Below are positions 43,473 to 54,937 of a stretch of 64,000 nucleotides of DNA, one piece after another. Where the stretch lies: contig JBITNC010000002.1 in the NCBI GenBank assembly GCA_050084985.1, forward strand, positions 39,928,001 through 39,992,000, in the 5' to 3' direction. This DNA is from Nageia nagi (taxonomy: Eukaryota; Plantae; Pinophyta). A program made the position numbers and the translations under genes. The notes below the pieces were generated by a model. It saw only the letters and a list, made by a program, of their open reading frames with translations. It was not told the DNA's origin and made no database searches. The first letter of the stretch is position 1; each line of letters opens with the position of its first letter.

Positions 43473-45710
43473 TGTTAGAATTAAGGAAGTTGTAATAACC
43501 ACTCTTATTTTTCTTAGAACCTAAATATGCTCCAAATTGTACTTTTGTTTATAATATTTATGCAAAAAAGAGGTAGTTAATATGATGTTCACAAAGTAAG
43601 GACATTAATCAACAAGACACATAGATGTAGTATTCTTCTTGCAAAAGAATATGTGTTCTTCTTGTAGGAGATATATTGCACCCATAAAAATAGGAACTCT
43701 ATGGAAAATTAAAGAAGTTATCGAATAAGATGAAGAAAATAGGGTATAATATAAGTATAATACATATGTTGTATAATAAAAAAGTTGATAATAAAGAATT
43801 TCTTCTCTACCAATGTAGAAAAAATTTGACAAATGCATTCAAATTTGTTAAATATTTCCCCTTGGAATTGTTATAAAAATTATGAAAAACCTTTAAGTAT
43901 GCAATATTTTCCATATTGGTTCCAATTTTATCTCCAAAATTGTTGCAAGGGATATTGTTGTCAGAGATGCAATACAAGTCCATTATAAAGAATATTCTTA
44001 TTGAGATTCATTTTTTTCATTGAGACTCTTGGTAATGCAAAGTAATAGAAAATATCTAAAAAATATTCCATAATGATAATTTGAATATTTTTTAGAAATT
44101 ATGTCCTATCTCATTTTTCAGAATTGTTGTTATTAAATTTTTTTACAAATAGACAATATGGTTGATTATTAACATCATATTGTCAAGTACATGTAACTAC
44201 CTATGTACATTGATAGGGTATTTATGAAAGTATTATTTCCTTTTAAGCAGATGTAATTTAGTTTTAGAACCAAACTTTGTATCCATCGTACATAATATTA
44301 TCATAGGAAAACCTAGAAGAAGTTATAGACATCCATTAAAGAGTAGTTATAAATAGTTTTCCATCAAAATTTTATGATTATGTATGAGTCATAAATTGTT
44401 GGAAAAAATATATTATCGAAATGCAGTTTAATATGATGTAATATTCACATGGTATGCATGAATGAGGCATCTTTTAATGGTACATGATTGTTTTAAGTTG
44501 CAAAAAACATAGCTTTCATTGATGGGCATTGGTAATAATAACAATGAACAACAATAGTAATCCAACTTTTTCTATGATAAATGATTTATTTTAGTAGAGT
44601 CTTTGACTACAATGATCTTGTAGTTACATTGCAAGAAAGTAAGGATTTAAGCATAATCTCTTTGGGAACTCATCCCAATATGTTATTAGATTAATTAACA
44701 AAATACAATTCAACCATGACCTAAGAGGCAAATATAACCAACAATTTGTGTCCTAAACACTTCCAACTCTACCAATAGTATCAATCCTTAGTAAGTATTA
44801 TGGCAAAGAATAGTTTCTTAATGAAGATAGGTTATAGCAATTCCTAGGCATCCCTTAGCTTTTCAAATACACGATGTAAAGTTTCGATATACTCCACTTA
44901 CTATATATCAAATGCTAATAATATATGGCATGGTGTTTTTAGGTTTCCATATACTCCAGTTACTATATATCAAAGTGTTTTGTATTTTACTGGTATAGAT
45001 TGACAAAGTTTGTCAGCCTTCTATGTCCAACATTTTGATCATAGCCTACCATGTTGTTTTCAACCATCAAAATGTTGCATGTCACATAAAGATCCTTGTA
45101 TTGCTTCAATTTTCACTTCTAAATAAGAAAACAAAACTCATTACTAACAAATCCAAACAAACCATACAACCATTAAACAACGGCCATATCTTACAAATCA
45201 GAATGTCTTTGCTTCGTTAGATGTCGAGAAAAAAGATGGAGACTTAATTCTAATACAAGCGAATGTACTTCATATACAAACTCTTTCCATGCAACATCTA
45301 TTTGAACAGGGGAAAAAAAAAAGTATTTTCATTAGTGATAATAGGGTCCTCACTAAATATACTAAATGCAAAGGTCATAATTTACTATAGAGCCATAACA
45401 AGTTTCAGAAGGACGAAAAGTTTGAATAATCAACAGACAAGAATAAGAGAAAGCGATCAAGCGTACGAGATTAAGACATTTGCATTAAATTCAAATGCAA
45501 TTTCTACAAAGTTCAAACTAAATCACAGAAAATATTACAACTTGCATATTATTTGATGAACAGGGCGTTGCAAAGCTTACAATGGACATAAAATTAAAAT
45601 CATACAATTTTGGAAAGAAAGTTATTCTCAGTATAGCTAAAATATAGGTACAAGCTTAATTTATTATTTCTGTAATTCTAATCAATTTTAATGTGAGTAG
45701 CATGTGGAGA

Positions 45711-45856
45711 TTTTTTTTTTTTGGGGCACGATCTCCATCTACCATCAACTCAATAGGATTTTAAGTATGTTTCAGCTTTCAGGGGTGGAGAGTTTTGAAC
45801 CTGACATCCGAGAGCTTTGAACTACCCACCTTTCCAACTCCCCTATCCCTCAATTC
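45711..45856 (-). mobile_element. tRNA-derived SINE
   Basis: Minus strand: box A-like TAGGGGAGTTGG (45845-45834), box B GGTTCAAAACT (45801-45791) 32 nt downstream, and an A12 tail (45722-45711). gcatgt on both flanks as a residual TSD. Confidence 0.7.
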
Positions 45857-46898
45857 ATGCATGTAGTCTTTTCCAATAAAATAAGAAAATATTTGTAATA
45901 TTATCACATGATAAAAGTAAGTAAAATTGTTTTTCTTGAGTCATTATTTTCAACAAATTCAGACTTTTATTCCTCAAATAAAACTAAGCTGCAAAATTTG
46001 TTTTGATAAAATAGATCTTCAATAGCAAGATAAATCAACACTGCCTAGCAAACTGACAGAAAGCTTCATAAATTCTTAAATTAATATCTTCCATGAAAGC
46101 CTTGGTTTAATAAAGAAAGAAATAAAATGAAATACTCACTTTACAGCAACTCTCCCAAAAGTTTCAGAAGATTCACAAACGGAACATAATAGTGAAAGAT
46201 TGTACAGGCTATGATCAAGCTAAAGGGGCACTCATTACAACATGCAGTTTACACAAAAGTAAGTTAGCTCACTTATGAAATCTGATAAAAAAAAATACAT
46301 TATCTTCAAGCGATGTGGCGTTTTCATCATGCCAACCACAAAATACTAATAGAAAGTGAAAGAAACTTTAAATCATTCTTCTAAACTAGCAAATTATTAA
46401 TGGCAAGCACCTGCATGAGAGGTAATGATATGCCAATAGTGATTCAATAAAACTTAGTTATTGAAACTCTATAGAAGGTTAATGCAAACATACTGACATT
46501 AACCACTTTCTCAATAACAAACCCCATAACTCTGCAAACATAATGCTTAATCAGATTTTTCTGCTTCCACTCCCTTCAAAATTTGTATTACAAATTCAGC
46601 CAAAAAAATTTGGCTTAAAAAATACAATGTTAACCATTTACTGAAATCAGATGTATTAAATTTCTTCAAATTATTCAAAAATAACTGCTTTTGAAGGAAA
46701 GTTCCTATAAGATGTCCTACTTATCACGAATGTCAACCCCTTAAAGAAATCCTTCGCACCTTGTGGAAATTTTGGATTGGAGATAGAAAATTAAAACTTG
46801 TACCTTTGAAATGCTGAAAAGAAATGGATACCCATCCCCAATAGACTTTCCGAGAAGTTCTTCATTTATTATTCCTTCTCGTTGAAGCCTTCTCAACT

Positions 46899-47233
46899 AA
46901 GTGTGTTTATCCTACAAGATTGTATTTCCAACAAAGTAAATTTTGAGATGCAGATGGATTTCCATGAACATTTGGATTAGATCACTTTCAAGGTATCAAC
47001 AAACAATAATTTAAGTGTTACCTACAGAGTTCTTCCCGTCATGTTTGCAAGTAACAGTCGTCTTTCACCATAAGTGTCGCATCTCATGCTTTATCTTCTT
47101 TCTTTTTTTTTCAATTGCCTTGGCCGTGATTTGATATATCTGGAAAACGAAGAGAGAAGCTTCATGATGGAGATAAGAACAGATGTTGCTGGCAATGGTA
47201 TTTCATAGCCACGCATATTTGAATGGTGAGATT
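46899..47233 (-). repeat. Diverged duplicate of the roughly 330-bp region upstream of the CPT gene
   Basis: Colinear with 50853-51182, e.g. the identical accataagtgtcgcatctcatgctttatctt, gagaagcttcatgatggagat and tggtatttcatagccac. Confidence 0.92.
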
Positions 47234-47384
47234 GGATTTGAATTTGTTATAAATTAAATACTATTATTATTATTTTTTTTTAACTTCTAATCTAAGTACT
47301 CACATATCTCCGTTGGTCTTTTAATGATGATTTTTAATGTAATTATGATAGTTTGTTGCATTTCTTTATTTTAGTTCTTCATTA

Positions 47385-48298
47385 TGGTATTTCATGATGA
47401 TATCATGTTACTAATAAATTGTTTGATATTATTATATTTCAAGATTTGTATATATTTTAGAATTATTAATGTTTATCTTAATTTATTTAATATAAAAAAA
47501 ATTGGATCTTTAGGGTATTATAAAAAAATTATGGGAGATCCATGATGATATCGTTTTAAGTATTCTTTGAAGAATATTGTATAGGAGTCATTGGATTGGC
47601 ATAGAATTCAAGGGAAGGACTTGTAGATAGGTTTATAGAAAAATTACAACTATGAAGAGTGAGTTTCTCTTAGATCATGGGTGATGAGGATACATGATAC
47701 ATTGAGGGAAGATAACATTAATAGATGGTAGTGAATGATGACGATTCACATCTTCATTAGATATTAGCCCCTTTTAATTTAAGCTTAAAGGAGGATGTTG
47801 ACAAATAAGATTGACTTTTGTTTATGGGATATGTATTTATTAACATATTAGTACTTAATAATGTTATGATCAAAATCATAATTCTCATTAGCTATATATG
47901 TATATACATTGATCAATATTTTAAGGATTAACAAAGGTGGAGATTAAAAAACATTATTGTGTAATGCAACAGTTATGATTAAATCACATAGATTGGTAAG
48001 AGTTCTTATGCCTATGTAAAAGCCACTTGGATCCATCATTTTGAAGTAGCTTTAACACGATTCTATATATCTATATTTGATTATTATTATTATTATATCC
48101 TTTTAGGGCTCATTGCCCATCCATATTCTTGTATGCATTATTCTCTTTTATTTCACTCCAATCATTACTTTGTGTGGAATTCTTTGATGTTTGATTATGT
48201 AACTATATTGTGTAATTCTTCAATTATTAGTTTAAAATACCAATATTAATCATAAAATACTAAGCTACCATTTCGCCTTAGCTATTTTAGATTATTCA
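47385..48298 (+). mobile_element. Possible eroded small non-autonomous LTR element
   Basis: ttca-tta-tggtat PBS-like junction at about 47385, PPT aaaggagga followed by TGTTG at 47796, and a similar ...ttca end at about 48298. Confidence 0.35.
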
Positions 48299-49871
48299 TC
48301 TTATTCCTACATCTTTGTTATTCTCTTTTAAAGAAACTAAATTTTAATTTCAAATCAAATTCACATTGATGTATTTTCTTTTAAGTACCCATCATTCTTG
48401 AGATAGGTTAATTTTGTATAGAAGTTTTATGCTCCTTAATATTGATTGTTAGCTTTTTTTATCATCCTTTTAATATCCTTCTATTTTATTCCAATTAAAT
48501 TATCCAAGTATTTTACAACTAAATACTATTTCCAATGCAAGTATTGAATGACTTTACTTATATTTTATCTAACTAAAAGATTAATCTTTTTATAATCTAA
48601 CATATTATTTTTTTAATAAATCTATTTTTCTTACATTCCAAACACATTTATGAAGTTAATATATAAAAATAACTTAAATAAATTAACAAAAATACAATTA
48701 TTATAAACTATATAAATTATAGAGAAAACTATTAATCCCTTAGTAGACAACTCTCTATATCTATCTATCTATCTATATAAAAAATTTAGTACACATTAAT
48801 TACTATCATCATACAGGTCCGTATAAAATAAAGTCTAAACTACAAGTAAAGTAGCTCCAACACCTAACATCACAAAAAAACCCCAATCTAACTAGGTGTT
48901 TGGTTGGAAATTGGAAAATAGCCCACCGACTATATTATAAAACATACGAATGTCAAAGTTTTTGGAATTATTTTGGATTACATAGCAGGCGGAAAGTGAC
49001 ATTAGCCAATCGCTAACTGACAGGAAACGCACCTGGTTTTCACAGACCCAACGTTGATTGTTCTGTCTTTATGAAGCATTTCAACCTTTGGCTCTGAATA
49101 TTATATAAAACTAAATATATATTTCCTTTGACCGTAAGCTGTCCTGAATCTTGATTTTGTATTGTTTATATGCATATTTTCTAGGTAATTGTGTACATTA
49201 AGTTGGACTGTTCAGTGGGAAAAGTTTGAGGATTTATGTATTAAAAGGAGTACATATTTATGTATTAAAATATCTTGAATTTTCATGAGTAGATTGTTTT
49301 TCTCTTTAAATATATGTAATTCAGTTATATAAGTAGAATGTAATCATTGAAGTTTGACAAATATGTTTAATCTATCTACTCAGTCTGCATAAATAGAATA
49401 TAATCTGTAAATATTGAAATTTGAATAGTGAAAATGTTTTTATCTACTTAATGAAACCATTAAAACATCAGAAAATAAGAAGATTTTGAAAAGAAATGTC
49501 CACTGCAAAAATCGTCTAATTTTCAATCGATCTCCACTACTGAAATCACCCACTTTATCAACCTGACTAAACTTTTTCAATAACTTACTTTACCAATGTA
49601 ACTGAATGGTTTGTATACAAACTCTTAATAAACTTCAACTCTTCAATTTTTTAAGACCCCCATTTCACGGTCCAAAAACTATTATATATTTATTGAAATC
49701 AGACACCATATATTACTTTCATGAAAAAAAGTTTTTTTTTTTTTTTATTTATTATATTTTTCATAAAGAGAAGTTACAACGCTATAGAGAAACTTAGCCC
49801 CATGAGCCATCTTATTTACTATTTTCACTAGAAGTTTGTCTGCTATATATTACAGTGTTGAATGTATTAGC

Positions 49872-50765
49872 TTAATCAAAGTGTTCATGAGAAATATCAG
49901 GGCTTTGAACTCTGAGCTTCTGCTGCAGAAATGGGTAAGCTTTCTGATACTCTAGAAGAGCCCTGACGAGGTGTTTGAAGGAGAATGCAGGCCACAGAAC
50001 TGGCGTCGCATACAGCAACGAAAACGAAGTCTGCCATAGCAGATAGTTACTCAGCCTCGTCTCCCCCGAAGTTCTGATCAAAAGCTCCGGCTCGGGGCAA
50101 TTCCATGTGTACAGATGACGCCCTATCTCCTCCGTCGTAATGGATTCATCAATCTCCTTTCCCCGAACATCCTGCCCTTCATGGCCTTCATCAGTTTTTG
50201 CACTTATAACTTCTTCAACAGCCTTAACGATCTCCTGGGTTGCGGTATAAGGAGCGCAGATATTCAGCACCGCCTTATCATTATGTTTCGAAAACTCCAT
50301 AGCTCTTAAAACAGACAACTTCACTCTTTCGGGCAGAAGGCTAAGGTTTCCCAGTACCTGAACTCGAATTCCATACTGGTTCACCATGCTCTCCCTCTCG
50401 ATAAGGGCATCCATCTTTTCCTTCATCATATTCATGAGCGTGTCCACCTCCTCCTTGGAACGCCTGAAGTTCTCGATGCTGAAGGCGTATACAGTTACAT
50501 ACTTGATCCCCAGTTCATAGCAGTCCCGTAGGATATGCATGAGGCTACTGTATCCGAACCCATGGCCTTCCAATTTCTTCATATTCCTCTGCATTGCGTA
50601 TCTGCGGTTCCCGTCCATGATAATGGCAACGTGCTGGGGAACAGGCCCGGCAGAGACAATCCATATTAAGACCCGCCGGAATAGTTCGTACATGGAATTC
50701 ACAAAGAAGGCAGCGCCCTCTTGGAAGAAAGAGCTAAACAAGATCCCCAACGCCTTGGTTTCCAT
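49872..50765 (-). CDS. CPT: cis-prenyltransferase / dehydrodolichyl diphosphate synthase (heteromeric DHDDS/Rer2-type subunit), 297 aa, intronless CDS
   Basis: Intact ORF with all UPPS-family regions: GPVPQHVAIIMDGNRRYA, GH, VTVYAFSIENFRR, LNICAPYTATQEI and LLIRTSGETRLSNYLLWQ..LWP. CpG-rich, unlike the surrounding DNA. No C-terminal RxG and no obvious transit peptide. Confidence 0.97.
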   Translation of the reverse strand: METKALGILFSSFFQEGAAFFVNSMYELFRRVLIWIVSAGPVPQHVAIIMDGNRRYAMQRNMKKLEGHGFGYSSLMHILRDCYELGIKYVTVYAFSIENFRRSKEEVDTLMNMMKEKMDALIERESMVNQYGIRVQVLGNLSLLPERVKLSVLRAMEFSKHNDKAVLNICAPYTATQEIVKAVEEVISAKTDEGHEGQDVRGKEIDESITTEEIGRHLYTWNCPEPELLIRTSGETRLSNYLLWQTSFSLLYATPVLWPAFSFKHLVRALLEYQKAYPFLQQKLRVQSPDISHEHFD

Positions 50766-50797
50766 GACATAACTGAATTCTACCTCTCCCTGCCTGA

Positions 50798-51182
50798 ATA
50801 TATAAGTGGGGCTTACTTCTCCTTACCATAAATTATGTGTGAAGGGAACCCCAAGTGTGGTTTATCCTACAAGATTATATTTCAACAAAATAAATTTTGC
50901 GATGGAGAGGAATTCCCATGAGTATTTGGATTAGATAACTTTCGAGGTGTCAGCCAATAATTTAGGTGTCTACAAAGTTCTTCACGCTATGTTTGCAAGT
51001 AACAACCGTCTCCTACCATAAGTGTCGCATCTCATGCTTTATCTTTTTCACTCCGGTTATTATTGCCTTGGCAGTGATTTGATGTATGTAGAAGAGTACC
51101 AGAGAAGCTTCATGATGGAGATGAGAACAGATGCTGCTGGTGCTGGTATTTCATAGCCACACACATTTGAATGGTAGAGATT
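50798..51182 (-). promoter_or_regulatory. Putative CPT promoter / 5' region
   Basis: TTATATATTC about 35-40 nt upstream of the ATG, CpG retained, and the block is conserved in the duplicate at 46899-47233. Confidence 0.45.
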
Positions 51183-51899
51183 ATAGGAAAGTATCATTAA
51201 TATCAATAATATCTTTTTCCTTTTTTCTTTTTGAAAATATGATCTTGCTTTCAAGATCTAACTTTGTCATGTTCAACATGAATTATGGATAACATGTTAT
51301 AAAAGGTAAAGTTCAAGCCAATTCAAAATATTAACCAATTTGATGATGAAAATATAAGCTCTCTAAAATCAACAATATAAGGAATTGAAATGTAGGCCTA
51401 AGATTTTAAAACCATCTAACAATCTTTATAACTTTTGAAATCTTAATTTTTTTTTTTTTTTTTAAAGGTACTTTAGACCAAACATCAATTGTTTGTTTCA
51501 TATATAAATGCATATTTTAAGTATTTTTTCTCTTCTCTTATTAATATTTATCATTAAGATACTGGGGAGCCCGATTATCATTAAGGGGTCCTAACCCCTA
51601 AAATATCCAAGACAAGCATGAATCCCTACCAAAAACTTAGTTTGTAAGATCCATTCTAATGAAAGTTCAAAGATTCAATTTGGCATTCCAAAATTCAAAA
51701 ATAGGTGCATAATTGTTGTTTATTAAATATCGCATGCTTGTAAGCTATATCTATTGCCCATTTTAGTTTAATTTCTTATCATTTCTATATCCTTGCTCAT
51801 CAATTTTTATTTAGCAGATAATATTAATTTATCAAATATTATAATTATGATTGCATTTATTTTATCTTCAATGAGAATGAATATTATGGTTTCTTATGT

Positions 51900-54365
51900 A
51901 GTGGAGCCTTATATCCTTCCAATACTTGAGAGAAAAATTTATGGTCTCAATCCCAATAACATTGTGCATATAGTAAAAGTCAAATTTTGGACACTTCAAA
52001 ATTATAAGAAAGGATACATTATTCAACATAATCTAAATAATAAGAGGTGCACTTTGGATAAATATTGGGAGATATCCAAGGGTTTTACGATTTAGGATCT
52101 AATGATATGGAAGATTGTTGAGAGTAGAAAAATGAGATCTAATGAAGAGATGTTTTCTACTAATATTAATTCTTATAATTCATCAAAGCTTCTTAGTATC
52201 AAGTCTTCTTCTAATGATTATTTCATAATATACATAGTAATATATTTTTCTTAGTTTTGCTTCTTATTCCTTAATACCTTAAGAACAACGAAGCAAGCTT
52301 TGTACCATGAGTTGGATATGCATTTTATTTATGTACTCTAATACTGCCAAGAATTGTAAACTCTATGATGAGGTAAACCAAAAGTTTCTCTTTGCAAGAG
52401 ATATGATTTTTCTTAAATTTTTTAAGAGTTACAACATTGTTGAGCGGTAACTTGATTACCTTGATTGATTTACCTATAGTACGAGTTATTTTGAGGTTGA
52501 TTATGAGATTCTAAATCTTGAGGGAATATATAAATATTGGATCAAAATTTAGAATCTACATCACTCATTCCTAAAGAATAAATACCCCCTCCTACATATT
52601 CTTCCACTTCATATGTGTTAGTACTAGAAATCTAGTTGAATGATGTGGCTAAAGAGATTGGTAGGTCGGGTCATGATGGAAATAAAGTACCTTCTCAATC
52701 ATGTGAGCAATTTGGACTATCATACAATCTTCCAAAATGGGCTACAAAAATATTTAAAAGTATTCATCCTGATGAAGTGGGGAAAATTAAAACTAGGAGT
52801 TTCTATCAAGCAAGACAAGAAGCCATGATGTGAAATACATTTTCAAATGATGATAATGTTCATGTTATTTCAGATGATGATGTGAAATATTCTTATGATT
52901 TTGAATTGAATTTTTTGTTGGTTTTGATCCAACATCCTCTAAAGAAGTTATTCCTCATGATGTGTGAAAAGAAGCCACAAATTGGAAGAATATGATGTAC
53001 TTATTAATAATGGAACTTAGAAGCTCGTGGATCCTTCATATGGAACCAAAGTAATCAGTTGCAGGTGGGTCTATAAAAATAAGTACAAATAAGATTGTTC
53101 ACTTGAGAAATATAAGGTGAGAGTTGTGGTTAAGGGTTTTACATAGAAAGAAGGTATTGATTATAATGAAACATTTGCATCTACAGCCAAGTGGGAAACT
53201 ATTTATTCTTTATTGGCTATGTTAGTTCAATATGGGTGAAGAGTACATCAAATGGATTTGAAGATAACATTCCTAAATAATAATTTCAAAGCTAATATGT
53301 ATATGATACAACCACAAGGATTTTTCAGTAAAGGATCAATAACATAAGGTATACAAGCTCATCAAGCCATTATATGACCTTAAGAAATCTCCTCGTATAT
53401 GATATGAAAATCTTATTGAGCATATTTTGAAAATTAATTTCAATTACTTTAATCTTGATGATGTATTTTTTCAAGAAAGTTGGAAAACTTTACATATATC
53501 TTATAGTGTATGTAGATGATCTTTTGATTATAAGAAATAATGAAGTGTTTATTACATTTGTATAATAAGATTTGAAGAAGGGATTTGAAATTATAGATAT
53601 AAGGAATCTTTATTACTACTTGGATGTTGAAGTGAGTCAAACATCAAGGTATATATTCATTTCTCAAAGAAAGTACATTGGAAAAGCATCTGAGTGTTCT
53701 AATAAGTATATATAACTTGTGGGAAACCTCATTTATCAAACCATAAGTAGACCATATATTTCATTTGTGGTTGGAATTCTTTCTCAATTTATGCATAAAC
53801 CATGTGAAGGTCATTGGGAAGCTACAAAGAGAGTTCTTCAATATTTGAAAGGAACTCAAGATTATGGCTTAAGTATTCTAAAGTGAGAGACTTCAAATTG
53901 GTTAGATATTCTGATTCAAAATTTGATGGTGATAAGGGGAATGGAGTTTCACCTTTAGGTTATCTCATGAATCTTTGATCAATAGTTCTTTCTTAGAGAT
54001 TATAGAAGTAATCCATTCTAGAAAATTATACTATAGAGATAAAGTATGTGCTACTATTATATGGCTCAGGAAGATACTAAAAGATTTGCAAAAGGAATAA
54101 GCACTTCCAACTCCACTTTTGGTTGATATTAAATCTACAACAAAATTAGTCAAAAATCCTAAGTTTCATGATCAAACTAAGTACATTAATACAAAGTATC
54201 ATTTGATTTGTTATAATGTAGAGGTCAAGATAATTTACACTTGGCACATTGTTCCATTCATTAGTAGACTACAAAGATCTTCACCAAAATGCTTAGGTGA
54301 GAGAAATTTAAGAAGTTTAGAAAGATGCTTAGACTTACCACTACCCCTTCACATTAAGGGGCAAA
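51900..54365 (+). mobile_element. Degenerate Ty1/copia (INT end, RT, RNase H, PPT)
   Basis: KYKVRVVVKGF.*KEGIDYNETF, VHQMDLK, IVYVDDLLI, KRVLQYLKG, KNPKFHDQTKYINTKYH and PPT taagggggcaaaa at about 54355. Confidence 0.88.
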
Positions 54366-54937
54366 ATCTTAAATTCAAAATTCAAGGGGTTATGATTGAG
54401 AGCTTTTTAACTTGAATACTTGTATTGGGTTTGTAATCTCAAAAGTTTATTTTAGCAGATTGATTTCTTATTATCTTGTTATAATGGTCATCAACACAAA
54501 CACTCTCCCAAACCCAGAATTTGATAGGTCATATTTTGAGTACTAGAGCATAAAAATGAATACTTTTTTCATGGAAAAGGATTTATGGGAAGTAGATGTG
54601 GATGGCTACATTGAACCAAATGATTGGAGTTCTCTCATAGTAGCTAAAATGCTAATAAGAAATAAGGCCCAAAATAAAAATTATCTTATCTCCAATATGC
54701 ACTTGAGAAGAACTTCTTTCAAAGGATTATTAGGTGCACTACAACTAAACAAGCATGGATAACCTTGAGATATGGCTATTAGAAAAGTGATCAGGTCAAA
54801 CATGTGAAGCTACAAACTCTAAGAAGAGATTTTGATAACCTCAAGTTGCTAGAAAATAAATCATCTAGAGATTATAATGTAAGAGTGAAAGCCATTGTTA
54901 ATAAAAGGTGTTGAGAACACTTACCTCTAAGTAAAAT

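Noticed and set aside
43473-45000. Helitron or endogenous virus remnant
   Set aside because: Only isolated 4-5 residue resemblances (YWDEFP, FDGK) in an unconvincing arrangement; left unassigned.
46160-46335. C/D box snoRNA (ATGATGA on the minus strand)
   Set aside because: No suitably spaced D box with a terminal stem, and no clean rRNA guide.
46640-46775. Frame FPQGAKDFF...PSKAVILNNLKKF as an eroded CPT CDS
   Set aside because: Spacing and nucleotide similarity are far below those of the adjacent non-coding duplicate, so it is probably chance.
48752-48790. Helitron 5' end in the (TCTA)n tract
   Set aside because: No matching 3' hairpin/CTRR end was identified, so it is treated as a microsatellite.
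50115-50772. Plus-strand ORFs overlapping the CPT
   Set aside because: Shadow ORFs of a GC-richer CDS.
51060-51254. 64-aa ORF partly conserved in the duplicate at about 47110-47230
   Set aside because: Many differences between the copies change amino acids and there is no shared start, so there is no sign of coding constraint.
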